From contig JAPLDX010000068.1 in NCBI GenBank assembly GCA_026391215.1, forward strand, positions 16,879 through 80,878: a stretch of DNA of 64,000 nt, read 5' to 3'. Within the stretch, counting starts at the first letter, position 1, and the number at the start of each line of letters is the position of its first letter. This document shows positions 41,512 through 50,125 of the stretch, piece after piece. This DNA is from Bacteroidia bacterium. GTDB lineage: Bacteria; Bacteroidota; Bacteroidia; Bacteroidales; VadinHA17. Position numbers and translations under genes: made by a program. Under the pieces are notes generated by a model, which worked only from the letters and a program-made list of their open reading frames with translations, searched no databases and had not been told where the DNA came from.

Positions 41512-41964
41512 TTATTTAATCACTAAAACCTCTTTTGTCGATTTTACCTGGTCAAAGTTGAACGAAATATCCTTCAGCTCCTTACCCTTGCCTTTTACTC
41601 TGACTTCAGTTTCCAGTTCAAATCCTCCCTTTGTCACATTTTTAAGATTACCTGTAAACTTTTCGCCATCCGTATCAACAACCTCAACTTTCTTTCCTTC
41701 ATTTTTATAGTACTGTTCAGGCACTCCGAAAGGCATATCAAGTCCCGGAGAAGAAACCTGCAGCTCAAAGTCCTCAGTGCTGCGGTCAAAGTGTTTTTCA
41801 ACATAGCGGTGAATGGCAGCACATTCATCAATGGTTATGCCTGTCATTGTATCTGCCAGTACAGTTATTTTGTTTGAACTGCTCACTCTGATTGTGACAA
41901 GAAAAATACCTGTTCCCTTAATGAACTCACTTACAAGCTTTTCTATTTTATTTTTATCTACCAT
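41512..41964 (-). CDS. rimP: Ribosome maturation factor RimP
   Basis: GITIDECA, FELQVSSPGLD; first gene before nusA-infB. Confidence 0.93.
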   Translation of the reverse strand: MVDKNKIEKLVSEFIKGTGIFLVTIRVSSSNKITVLADTMTGITIDECAAIHRYVEKHFDRSTEDFELQVSSPGLDMPFGVPEQYYKNEGKKVEVVDTDGEKFTGNLKNVTKGGFELETEVRVKGKGKELKDISFNFDQVKSTKEVLVIK

Positions 41965-41977
41965 ACTTTAAATTAAG

Positions 41978-42004
41978 AAATAAAATAGGGGACTCTGGTC
42001 CCCT
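41978..42004 (-). terminator. rimP leader hairpin/attenuator
   Basis: Minus strand AGGGGAC-CAGA-GTCCCCT followed by ATTTTATTT, between the promoter and the rimP start. Confidence 0.65.
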
Positions 42005-42031
42005 TGTCTCAACTACCCCTCAAATCGGTTG

Positions 42032-42039
42032 CAAAGATA
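42032..42039 (-). promoter_or_regulatory. Sigma-A -7 element for rimP-nusA-infB
   Basis: TATCTTTG(C) on the minus strand. Confidence 0.7.
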
Positions 42040-42109
42040 AATAATGTTTTGTAATTAGCAATAAGAAAGATAATTATTAGTAATATTTTGATTTGAAATA
42101 TAACGGAAA

Positions 42110-42145
42110 GGCACAACGGCGTAGCGGCATAAAGGCGCAAAGGTG
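42110..42145. repeat. Degenerate 8-bp tandem array (GGYRCAAN type)
   Basis: ggcacaac ggcgtagc ggcataaa ggcgcaaa ggtg; followed by four CCTTTGTG units at about 42165-42205. Confidence 0.7.
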
Positions 42146-43165
42146 TTTCGATCATTTACATTTTCCTTTGTGTACCTTTGTGATCTACCTTTGTGCCCCT
42201 TTGTGTTTAAAAAAGAAATAATAAGTTATTATGAAATCTATGATAGCAGTGAGCATGATCTGCTGTCTCACTGCACTTTATGCCCGCGGGAATGCGGGGT
42301 GAACAGGTTTAATAGCGGTGATGGATATTGTGGAATGGATGCAGGGATGAATATTGCATCAATATGCATCCACAGGGGAGAAGAACCCCCGATAAGCGGT
42401 CCCGATGGCATCTGTAATATATTTTTTGCCGGCTGCAATCTTCACTGCATCTATTGTCAGAACTATGACATAAGCAGATCTGATGGAAAAAACAGGAAAA
42501 CTTCATTGACATTAGCGGAGGTTCTCGATCAGATTGAAAACATCCTTTCTGCAGGCATCAGGGCTGTCGGATTTGTCTCCCCTTCACATGTCGTTCCTCA
42601 AGTAAGGGCAATTATACGAGGACTGAATGCAAGAGGTCTTAAGCCAATAACGGTATATAATACAAATAGTTACGACAAACCGGAGGTGATAGACGCTCTT
42701 GATGGCATGATTGATGTCTGGCTCCCTGACTACAAATATGTCACACCTGGAACAGCGAAAGAGTATTCCGATGCTTCTGATTATCCTGAGGTGTCACTGA
42801 AGGCAATAAAGCGAATGTATTACCAGAAGGGTTCCGTACTTCAGATGGATGAGAAGGGAAGGGCAGAGAGCGGCATGCTGTTACGGCATCTAGTATTGCC
42901 GGGTCATGCTGAGGAGAGCAAACAGGTAATGAGAAAGATCGCCGGTGAATTGTCAGCAGGAGTTCATATTTCGCTAATGTCGCAGTATCATCCGACATAC
43001 GAGGTAAAAAACCATCCTGTGATTAACAGACCCCTTTACATTAAAGAGTACAACGAAGTGACTGCAGAAATGGAGAAGCTGGGGTTCCGTAATGGCTGGC
43101 TTCAGGAGATGAACAGTTACCGGAATTACAGGCCGGATTTCAGAAAAAAGAATCCTTTTGAATAA
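42143..43165 (+). CDS. Radical SAM protein, PflX-like (start uncertain)
   Basis: CTLCPRECGVNR, HRGEEPPISG, GCNLHCIYCQN (CxxxCxxC), LRHLVLPG, SLMSQY. Confidence 0.88.
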   Translation: MFRSFTFSFVYLCDLPLCPFVFKKEIISYYEIYDSSEHDLLSHCTLCPRECGVNRFNSGDGYCGMDAGMNIASICIHRGEEPPISGPDGICNIFFAGCNLHCIYCQNYDISRSDGKNRKTSLTLAEVLDQIENILSAGIRAVGFVSPSHVVPQVRAIIRGLNARGLKPITVYNTNSYDKPEVIDALDGMIDVWLPDYKYVTPGTAKEYSDASDYPEVSLKAIKRMYYQKGSVLQMDEKGRAESGMLLRHLVLPGHAEESKQVMRKIAGELSAGVHISLMSQYHPTYEVKNHPVINRPLYIKEYNEVTAEMEKLGFRNGWLQEMNSYRNYRPDFRKKNPFE

Positions 43166-43242
43166 TTGATTTAGTGCAATTATTTTAATATATTTTCGCC
43201 GGTTTTCAATTAATGGAAACCCTTAACGGAAAGGAGCAAAAA

Positions 43243-43953
43243 ATGTGTTTCTCGGCAGGAGCAAGCTTTACGGCAGGAGCAGTCATTTCAGCTATTGGTA
43301 TTGCGACGGTTAAAGAGGTTCAAAAACCGTCTCAGTGGGTATTTGCCAGCATACCTTTGATTTTTGGAATTCAGCAAATTGCAGAAGGTTGTCTGTGGAT
43401 GACATTACAGAATGGTGATTATGCTGTCATTCAGAAAATCAGTACATATATTTTTCTACTGACGGCAGATGCTCTCTGGCCGGTAATAATTCCTCTTTCT
43501 GTCCTGTTATTGGAAGAAGATAGTAAAAGGCGCAAAATATTGCGGATTCTGCTATTTACGGGCATAATCTTAGCATTGTATTATGCATATTTCATAGTGT
43601 TTTTCAAAGTGACACCTCAGATTCTGAATTGTCATATTTATTATGACACTTTTACCCCGGAATCTCTCATGATACCTGCTTTCTTGATTTACTTATTCGT
43701 AACCATCACATCCTTGTTTGTCTCAAGCACTAAAAATATGCATCTACTGGGTATTTTAATGTTTCTGTCATGTGTGGTTTCAGTTATTTTCTATACAATA
43801 AATACTACTTCGGTCTGGTGCTTTTTTGCGGCGGTTATCAGCGGTGTGATATATTGGATCATCCGGGTACCGCAGGAGGAGAACAGTCCGATCAGCCTCA
43901 GATTAATGAAGATTATATCTGATAACAATCCCTGGAAAAGAAGATCAAACTAA
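43243..43953 (+). CDS. Multi-pass membrane protein (DUF6629-like)
   Basis: MCFSAGASF start, FGIQQIAEG, SVWCFFAA; about 7 hydrophobic segments; alternative start 43213. Confidence 0.7.
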   Translation: MCFSAGASFTAGAVISAIGIATVKEVQKPSQWVFASIPLIFGIQQIAEGCLWMTLQNGDYAVIQKISTYIFLLTADALWPVIIPLSVLLLEEDSKRRKILRILLFTGIILALYYAYFIVFFKVTPQILNCHIYYDTFTPESLMIPAFLIYLFVTITSLFVSSTKNMHLLGILMFLSCVVSVIFYTINTTSVWCFFAAVISGVIYWIIRVPQEENSPISLRLMKIISDNNPWKRRSN

Positions 43954-43960
43954 TCCTCAT

Positions 43961-45334
43961 TTAAAATCCGGTCACCTTCCATCCTTTCCGGTAATCTCGG
44001 CGAAGGTATTTATTAGCTTCAGGATAGTTTGTCACAGCCATTTTCCCGGCATTCCATTCCAGCAATGTATCCGGGACGCGGATTGCCACCGTACCAAGGA
44101 GAATTGCCTCTGTCATCGGTCCCGTCTGTGCGAAATGAGATTCAGTCTTAGGGCCGCCCAGGCAGGCAACTACAAAGCTGTGATAATGATTACCGGCTTC
44201 GAATTCAGGTATTTTATAATTTGCGAATTTACTTTCGGGTAACAATACAGGAAATTCATCATGCGGATTAAGCAGGGCTCCTTCAGTACCAATAAGCATT
44301 GCGGATTCAGCGGGATATTCTTTTCCCGCATATAAGTCACGTACTTCCGTGGGAGGATAAAACTCTCCATCGAACCATTCCAATGGAAGAACGTCAGAAT
44401 CCGTTTTATCGTTTCCCGGAAACATCCATGTTATATGATCACCCTGGGGCCAGTTATCAGTTCTTCTTTCAGGTGAATCCTTCCATGACTTCTGAACTTC
44501 GGCTATAACAGATATAGGTGGTTTCAATCCAATACCTTTCCAGACAGCATCAAATATATGGCATCCGATGTCGCCTGACCAGCCAGTTCCAAAGTCCTGC
44601 CATGCTCTCCATTTTGTCTGATGATATATTTCGGGAGCATAAGGACGCATAGGTGCAGTGCCGATCCAGATGTCCCAGTTCAGATTTGCCGGAGCTGCCT
44701 GTCCCTGTGGAGGACGTGGTCCAAAAAGGCGGTAATTTTCTACGGCACCAGGGCGATTGGAACAGAGATATGCATGCTTTATCTTGCCAATGGCACCGTC
44801 TTTAATTAGCTGGACCGCTGTCAGGTCACCTTTTCTCGAGGCAATCTGAGTGCCAAGCTGGGTTATCACTCCATTCTTCACTGTTGCTTCTGTAAGGGCT
44901 CGAACCTCTGCCACATCATGACACATTGGTTTCTGGCAATAGACATGCTTTCCCATCCTGATAGCCATCATGGCAATCGGGAAGTGATTATGATCCGGTA
45001 CAGTAACATTGACAGAATCAATATTATTCTCTTCTTTCCTGAGAAGCTCGCGCCAGTCGGAATAAGTACGGGCATCAGGAAGAATTTCAGAGGCCTTCTT
45101 CAGATTGTCAGCATCCACATCGCATATTGCGACGATCTGTACATTCGGATCCTCTTTGAATTTATTAAGGTCTGACCATCCCATCCCCCCGACTCCTATG
45201 CAGGCATGATTAAGCTTGCCGTTTGATGATGGGGCATTCCCTGAGCATCTGATTATGAGCGGTGCGCCAATTGCGGCAGTTGCAGCCGTTTGTATAAACT
45301 TCCTTCGTGATAATGAATTGTTATGGTTTGTCAT
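43961..45334 (-). CDS. Tat-exported Gfo/Idh/MocA oxidoreductase
   Basis: SRRKFI, IGVGGMG, PDHNH, CQKPM, WRAWQDFGTGWSGDIGCH; likely start ATG 45334. Confidence 0.9.
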   Translation of the reverse strand: MTNHNNSLSRRKFIQTAATAAIGAPLIIRCSGNAPSSNGKLNHACIGVGGMGWSDLNKFKEDPNVQIVAICDVDADNLKKASEILPDARTYSDWRELLRKEENNIDSVNVTVPDHNHFPIAMMAIRMGKHVYCQKPMCHDVAEVRALTEATVKNGVITQLGTQIASRKGDLTAVQLIKDGAIGKIKHAYLCSNRPGAVENYRLFGPRPPQGQAAPANLNWDIWIGTAPMRPYAPEIYHQTKWRAWQDFGTGWSGDIGCHIFDAVWKGIGLKPPISVIAEVQKSWKDSPERRTDNWPQGDHITWMFPGNDKTDSDVLPLEWFDGEFYPPTEVRDLYAGKEYPAESAMLIGTEGALLNPHDEFPVLLPESKFANYKIPEFEAGNHYHSFVVACLGGPKTESHFAQTGPMTEAILLGTVAIRVPDTLLEWNAGKMAVTNYPEANKYLRRDYRKGWKVTGF

Positions 45335-45400
45335 GGCCTGATGGATAATATTAAATGCTACATAAAATGCAAGTAATGCAAGATAAGAAATTTTGCAATT

Positions 45401-45987
45401 CATGTACTCACCCCCTTCCTTCGCTACGCTCAGGTTTTCCCCCTCTCTGCTGAAGCAAAGAGGGAGAAGGATTCACCTAATAATGTCGTAGATTTTGTAT
45501 TTTTATATTGTGTTAAAAAAATATGTCTCAATCTAAGAAATTTGATATTAAAGGAATTAAGAAGCATGCTCAAGACCTGAGAAATAATATGACTGAATCT
45601 GAAAAACTATTGTGGAGAGAGCTTAAGGGAAGGAAACTATCAGGTTCTAAGTTTTTACGTCAGCACTATATACTTTATAAAGGCAATTTAACGAGATACA
45701 ATTATTTTATTGCTGATTTTTATTGTTATGCCCGGAAAGCTGTGATTGAACTTGATGGCCCGATTCATGATACTTCAGTCGAATATGATCAATTCAGAGA
45801 TTCGGAATTGCAGGAACTGGGTTTTCATATTTTACATATCAAAAATGAAGAGCTATCAAATATAAAAGAAGTTCTTTGTAAAATCATTTTATTTCTTAAT
45901 CGAATAAGCAAATAATCAACTAATTACACGAACTTACTCCCCCCTCTTTGCTTCAGCAGAGAGGGGGGCTGAGGGGGTGAGTACGTG
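45401..45987. mobile_element. Putative mobile cassette: DUF559 nuclease gene between inverted CAyGTAC-tagged hairpin repeats
   Basis: Left CATGTACTCACCCCCT...CCCCCTCTCTGCTGAAGCAAAGAGGG (45401-45464); right CCCTCTTTGCTTCAGCAGAGAGGGGG...AGGGGGTGAGTACGTG (45942-45987) is its reverse complement; mobility is inferred. Confidence 0.6.
45523..45915 (+). CDS. DUF559 / Vsr-like PD-(D/E)xK endonuclease-domain protein
   Basis: AQDLRNNMTESEKLLW, FLRQH, IADFYC, IELDGPIH, DQFRDSELQELG; visibly AT-rich. Confidence 0.88.
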   Translation: MSQSKKFDIKGIKKHAQDLRNNMTESEKLLWRELKGRKLSGSKFLRQHYILYKGNLTRYNYFIADFYCYARKAVIELDGPIHDTSVEYDQFRDSELQELGFHILHIKNEELSNIKEVLCKIILFLNRISK

Positions 45988-45994
45988 TTGTACA

Positions 45995-46022
45995 AAACAA
46001 AAACCCCGCTTTTGGCGGGGTT
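45995..46022 (-). terminator. Intrinsic terminator of the 46074-47546 gene
   Basis: Minus strand AACCCCGC-CAAAA-GCGGGGTT followed by TTTGTTTT. Confidence 0.8.
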
Positions 46023-46073
46023 GCGAGTCTCAAAGACTCCTGGCACACATTATCTTATCTGCTATATGTTGCC

Positions 46074-47546
46074 TTATCTTATTCTATCATTTTCTTCAGG
46101 TTTTTCAGGTTTATCAGCTCGTCTGGTAACAGTTTCGGTTTTGGTCTCAGCCGGAGCACTTTTGCGTTCCGGCTGGCTTTCTGCAGGTCTGGAAACCTTG
46201 GGAGCTTCCTCTCTCTGAGCTGGTTCAGGTCTGCTGACGACTCTTTCAGCCGGCTCCGGCCTGGAGATCACCCTTTCCTGAACTGGTTCAGGTTCCCTTC
46301 TGGTCTCAACAGCCTTTTCAGACGGTTCAGGCCTTGAAGCTGGTCTCTCATAACCGGTGTCAGCCGGTCTGCGAACCGGGGCAGAAGCTTCATCTGAAGA
46401 GGACTTCGTCACGGGCCTTTCCTCAACAGTGGTTGTTGACCTTCTTACATCTCCTGTATTCTGATCAGATGATGATTTTATTACAGGTCTATCATCAACA
46501 GTTGTGGTTGATCTGCGTGAGGTACCTGTGCTCTGACGGTTGGAGGGATCAGTAGCGCTCCTGCTGTTTGTAACATTATCTGAACGTCTGGTGCTGCCTG
46601 TGGTGTTACTCGTAGTTGCCTGGTCACGGGTTGACTGAGAGACTGACCTTCTGGTCTGGCTGATAACGGGAGTATTCTCCTGTGTCCTTTTTTCCTGATC
46701 AGGATGAGTTGAGGTGAAAAGAACCTCGCCATCACGCCTCTGTTCAGGGTGTGAATAAGTGGATTTATATTTACCGTCATTGATGTTATGGTCAATTTGC
46801 GGTGAATGTGAACGTATCCCTGAGTAATAAAAGTCATTATATCCATGGTAGCGGGGATGATCCCAATGATGGTAATGATTGTAGTAATGATGGCACCAGT
46901 TATAATGATAACCGTAGTAGTAGTGCCAGTAGTATGGCTGCCATGGATCCCAGTAAGGAGGGTAATAACCCCAGTACCATGAAGAATGCCACATGACATA
47001 ATCAGGGTAATACATGAATCTTATCATCGGCCAGTCGGCTATTTCATAAAAATCAGTATAAACAATGGTTACATTGCTCTTACTGTTCTTCTTACCCAGG
47101 TAGCCGGGATTAGGAGTCTCCTTGTAATAGGGCTCAATTATATAATTCTGTCCATACAGAGCTTCGTCGCCAATAAGCTGTATCTGAACGGAACCATCGC
47201 GGAACTTCTGAACTGTAAATACTGCAACATCCTGGAATTCATTTTTAGCCAGGGCAACACGCAGTACTATGGTATGTACATCACCATCGACATAGTCAGA
47301 AACCATTATATAATCAACATAATTGTCGCTGTTAAGGTCGAGGTTGTTGATCTTTGAATTCTGATCATTCAGGCTTCTTTCAAAACCTTCAAGCGTTTCT
47401 GACTCCTGGAACAGTTTCATAACTGCATACAGGTTAAGATTATCACCAGGCAGTCCCAGGTACTCGTCAGGATATTCCTGAGCCATAACTGTGGTCCCGA
47501 AAGCGACCAGGACTGCGAGAATCGATGTGATTATGAACTTTTTCAT
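46074..47546 (-). CDS. Secreted hypothetical protein with EF-hand-like DLNSDNYVDY motif, Y/W/H-rich middle and repetitive disordered tail
   Basis: Signal peptide; GDNLNLYAV, INNLDLNSDNYVDYI, IGDEALYG; about 24-aa RRS repeats in the tail. Confidence 0.8.
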   Translation of the reverse strand: MKKFIITSILAVLVAFGTTVMAQEYPDEYLGLPGDNLNLYAVMKLFQESETLEGFERSLNDQNSKINNLDLNSDNYVDYIMVSDYVDGDVHTIVLRVALAKNEFQDVAVFTVQKFRDGSVQIQLIGDEALYGQNYIIEPYYKETPNPGYLGKKNSKSNVTIVYTDFYEIADWPMIRFMYYPDYVMWHSSWYWGYYPPYWDPWQPYYWHYYYGYHYNWCHHYYNHYHHWDHPRYHGYNDFYYSGIRSHSPQIDHNINDGKYKSTYSHPEQRRDGEVLFTSTHPDQEKRTQENTPVISQTRRSVSQSTRDQATTSNTTGSTRRSDNVTNSRSATDPSNRQSTGTSRRSTTTVDDRPVIKSSSDQNTGDVRRSTTTVEERPVTKSSSDEASAPVRRPADTGYERPASRPEPSEKAVETRREPEPVQERVISRPEPAERVVSRPEPAQREEAPKVSRPAESQPERKSAPAETKTETVTRRADKPEKPEENDRIR

Positions 47547-47589
47547 TTTCTTAAGTTTTAGAAGAACTGTCTCTTCAATACTATAAATA

Positions 47590-47604
47590 TCAAAACGCGT
47601 ACCA
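47590..47604 (-). promoter_or_regulatory. Sigma-54-type -24/-12 promoter
   Basis: Minus strand TGGTACG-CGTT-TTGA, exact TGGCACG-N4-TTGC spacing, about 44 bp upstream of the 47546 start. Confidence 0.6.
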
Positions 47605-47632
47605 ATCTCTGAAAACGGCTACAGGCCACAAG

Positions 47633-47680
47633 AGGAGAAAGGGAGAAAGGGAGAGGGGGAGAGGGGGAGAAAGAAACAAG
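47633..47680. repeat. Purine-rich 8-bp tandem array (GGGAGARR)
   Basis: aggagaaa gggagaaa gggagagg gggagagg gggagaaa gaaacaag; similar tracts at about 50058-50105 and 54181-54233. Confidence 0.75.
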
Positions 47681-47714
47681 AATTGAATAATCAGCAAGAG
47701 CTATTCCTGTTGAA

Positions 47715-47750
47715 CCGTCGTTCCAATGCACCATCGTACCGTCACACCGT
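47715..47750. repeat. Degenerate 8-bp tandem array
   Basis: ccgtcgtt ccaatgca ccatcgta ccgtcaca ccgt. Confidence 0.6.
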
Positions 47751-48187
47751 TACATATATCTGATCCTGATGGTTATAGTCCGTTTCTGGTTTGGTACTAT
47801 CCTGAATTTAAAGGAATCGAATTTCGGTTTAGTGAATCCTTTATGATAGTAATCTGAGAATCCGAAGCCTTCTTTTGGTATTCCCAGGAAATTGTATTCC
47901 ATAAGTCCGTCTGAGTTCTCATCATCAAGCAGGGCAAAGCCGTAAATACCGGGTTCAAGGCTGAACCGGACTTCCATTTCCCTGTTTGAAATTCCGCTTT
48001 TGACAAAAATCTTATTCAGCAATGGCTCTTCCTTCTGAAAGGTGGGATCGTCTTTAAAAACACCTATCCCAATATGTCCCTTATCTGACCTTATACCTTT
48101 TATAATGACCTCCACATTTTGTGCATTCAGGTCTGTGAAAATCAGCAGAAGGAGGATTTGTACAGACAGAACTTTCTTAATCATCAT
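47750..48187 (-). CDS. DUF2141 family exported protein
   Basis: Signal peptide; IRSDKGHI, LEPGIYGFALLDDENSDG, LGIPKEGFGFS, PKFD; likely start MMIKK at 48187. Confidence 0.85.
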   Translation of the reverse strand: MMIKKVLSVQILLLLIFTDLNAQNVEVIIKGIRSDKGHIGIGVFKDDPTFQKEEPLLNKIFVKSGISNREMEVRFSLEPGIYGFALLDDENSDGLMEYNFLGIPKEGFGFSDYYHKGFTKPKFDSFKFRIVPNQKRTITIRIRYM

Positions 48188-48188
48188 T

Positions 48189-48230
48189 CCGTTGCGCCGT
48201 TGCCCCTTTGAGCCGTTGAGCCATTGAGCC
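48189..48230. repeat. Degenerate 8-bp tandem array
   Basis: ccgttgcg ccgttgcc cctttgag ccgttgag ccattgag cc. Confidence 0.8.
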
Positions 48231-48233
48231 TTT

Positions 48234-49364
48234 TTATATTCCCATTTTCTTCGCAATTGCCTCCGGTATTGCGTTTTTATTAACCATAATATTGGTTGTC
48301 TTCAACATAATAAATGGTCTTGATACAAAAATGAAGCCATCATATTTACCGGTTATGCCCCATGAATTCTTCACTTTGTAGAAGGTCTTTCCCGTCTGGT
48401 CGGCAGCAAGACCTGTAATCTGCATTCCGTGATCGTCGGTGGTTAAATAATTGTCAAATTCCTTCTGTCTGATCTCCTGGGTGATCACCTTTTCGGAATG
48501 AAGTCCATCAAAGACTTTTAATGCTTCTTCCTGTGTCATCTCATTCCAGTTTTTTTCGGGAATAATTGCCACACCCTCTTTCATAGAGAAACCCTTATCG
48601 CTGATATCGCTTGCCCAGCCGACTGTATACCCGTTCGTCACTGCATTATCGATAATCTGCATTAATTCATCAAGAGGCAGGTTATAGAATAATCCGGCAG
48701 CCCAGTTGTCTGGCAGCTCCAGCATAAAAGGCTGATAAAAGGGATGATGATTAAATGATGTGAGCGTGATATAATCATCAGGATTTATACCCAGCTCCTT
48801 CCTGAAGCTTACCGGGGTATAGGTTTTTCCCTCAAAGGTAAAGGTCTCCGGAACTTCCCCGAGGTATGCATCAAGAATGCCATTAAGTCCCGCGAGCCAT
48901 GCGGTTGTCAGCTTTGAGCTTTTCAGCACGCCATCCATATATCCCTTAAGAGCGGCATCCATCTCGCCATGATTATGCTTGACCTCCCCATAATTAAGAC
49001 CGGGATATGCTGCATCCGGAAGCAATCCGACTTCGTCGCTTCCGCTTATCACATCTCCGTATTCACCGCCTCCGGCAAAGCTTGAGTTCCCATGCATCCT
49101 GGCGTACATCTCAGCTTTTTTCTCATAAGTGTGCCTGACAATATACATTTCCGAAAGGTCATAAGGTTTCTTTCCCATCCTTAATAGTTCTGATTCATAA
49201 AGGGCGATTCCCGAGAAACACCAGCATGTGGATGTGGAACTCTGGTTTTTCACCGGAGTGCATGCAAGCTCTTTTTTCATGGTGAAAGTGTATCCTGTTG
49301 TCTGACCGCCTGCATAAGCAGTGACCAGCAGGAACAGCAAAGAAATTCTGATGATCTTATTCAT
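48234..49364 (-). CDS. Secreted C1-family cysteine aminopeptidase (PepC/bleomycin hydrolase-like)
   Basis: NQSSTSTCWCFS (Cys), DDHGM (His), KNSWG (Asn); signal peptide. Confidence 0.92.
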   Translation of the reverse strand: MNKIIRISLLFLLVTAYAGGQTTGYTFTMKKELACTPVKNQSSTSTCWCFSGIALYESELLRMGKKPYDLSEMYIVRHTYEKKAEMYARMHGNSSFAGGGEYGDVISGSDEVGLLPDAAYPGLNYGEVKHNHGEMDAALKGYMDGVLKSSKLTTAWLAGLNGILDAYLGEVPETFTFEGKTYTPVSFRKELGINPDDYITLTSFNHHPFYQPFMLELPDNWAAGLFYNLPLDELMQIIDNAVTNGYTVGWASDISDKGFSMKEGVAIIPEKNWNEMTQEEALKVFDGLHSEKVITQEIRQKEFDNYLTTDDHGMQITGLAADQTGKTFYKVKNSWGITGKYDGFIFVSRPFIMLKTTNIMVNKNAIPEAIAKKMGI

Positions 49365-49457
49365 GATTTTTAAGTATTTGTTTTCAGTAGCAATTAAACG
49401 ATAAACAAAAATAGCAAATAAGTCCTATCTTTAAAATATCATTTAAACAGTAATCGT

Positions 49458-50018
49458 ATGGATGATATTTCTTTGATATTGAAGGCTTTGGAATTTGCTG
49501 CCGGGAGACACAAGTCTCAGTTTCGTAAAGGTTCCGACAGGTCTCCCTATATAAATCATCCGATTCAGGTAGCCAACCTGCTGGCAAATGAAGCAAAAGA
49601 AAAGGATACTGCGCTTATCGCTGCTGCAATTCTTCATGATGTCATTGAGGATACTGTCAATACAAAGAAGCAAAAGAAAGAGCTTATTGAACAGATAAGG
49701 GAGACCTTCGGAGATGAAGTTCTGTCAATTACCCTTGAGGTGACCGATGATAAAAGCCTGAGCAAGAAGGAAAGGAAGCGAATGCAGATAGTTCATGCAC
49801 CAAAGTTGTCAGAGAAAGCGAAGAAATTGAAGTTGGCAGATAAAACCATGAATGTCAATGATATAACTGCCCATCCTCCGGTAACATGGCCATTAAGAAG
49901 AATAAAGAAATATCTCGATTGGTCCGAAAAGGTTGTTGCAGGTCTGAGAGGTGTGAATAAAAAGCTTGAAGACAATTTTGATGAAAGCCTGAAGGCTGGA
50001 AGGGAAAAGTATAAATAA
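49458..50018 (+). CDS. Stand-alone HD-domain (p)ppGpp hydrolase, Mesh1-like
   Basis: HKSQFRK, PYINHP, LHDVIEDT, EVTDDK, KLADKTMN. Confidence 0.88.
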   Translation: MDDISLILKALEFAAGRHKSQFRKGSDRSPYINHPIQVANLLANEAKEKDTALIAAAILHDVIEDTVNTKKQKKELIEQIRETFGDEVLSITLEVTDDKSLSKKERKRMQIVHAPKLSEKAKKLKLADKTMNVNDITAHPPVTWPLRRIKKYLDWSEKVVAGLRGVNKKLEDNFDESLKAGREKYK

Positions 50019-50125
50019 TGGTACAGAGATAGTATTCAGGGTATAATGTAAAAACTAGGGTGAGGGCGAGAAGGGGAGAGGGGGAGAAAAGGGGAAAAGA
50101 TAAAAGAGTATTAAAATTCAGGATA

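Noticed and set aside
45985-46218. 77-aa ORF after the DUF559 element as a second cargo gene
   Set aside because: Lies outside the inverted repeats, crosses a terminator and is antisense to a real gene
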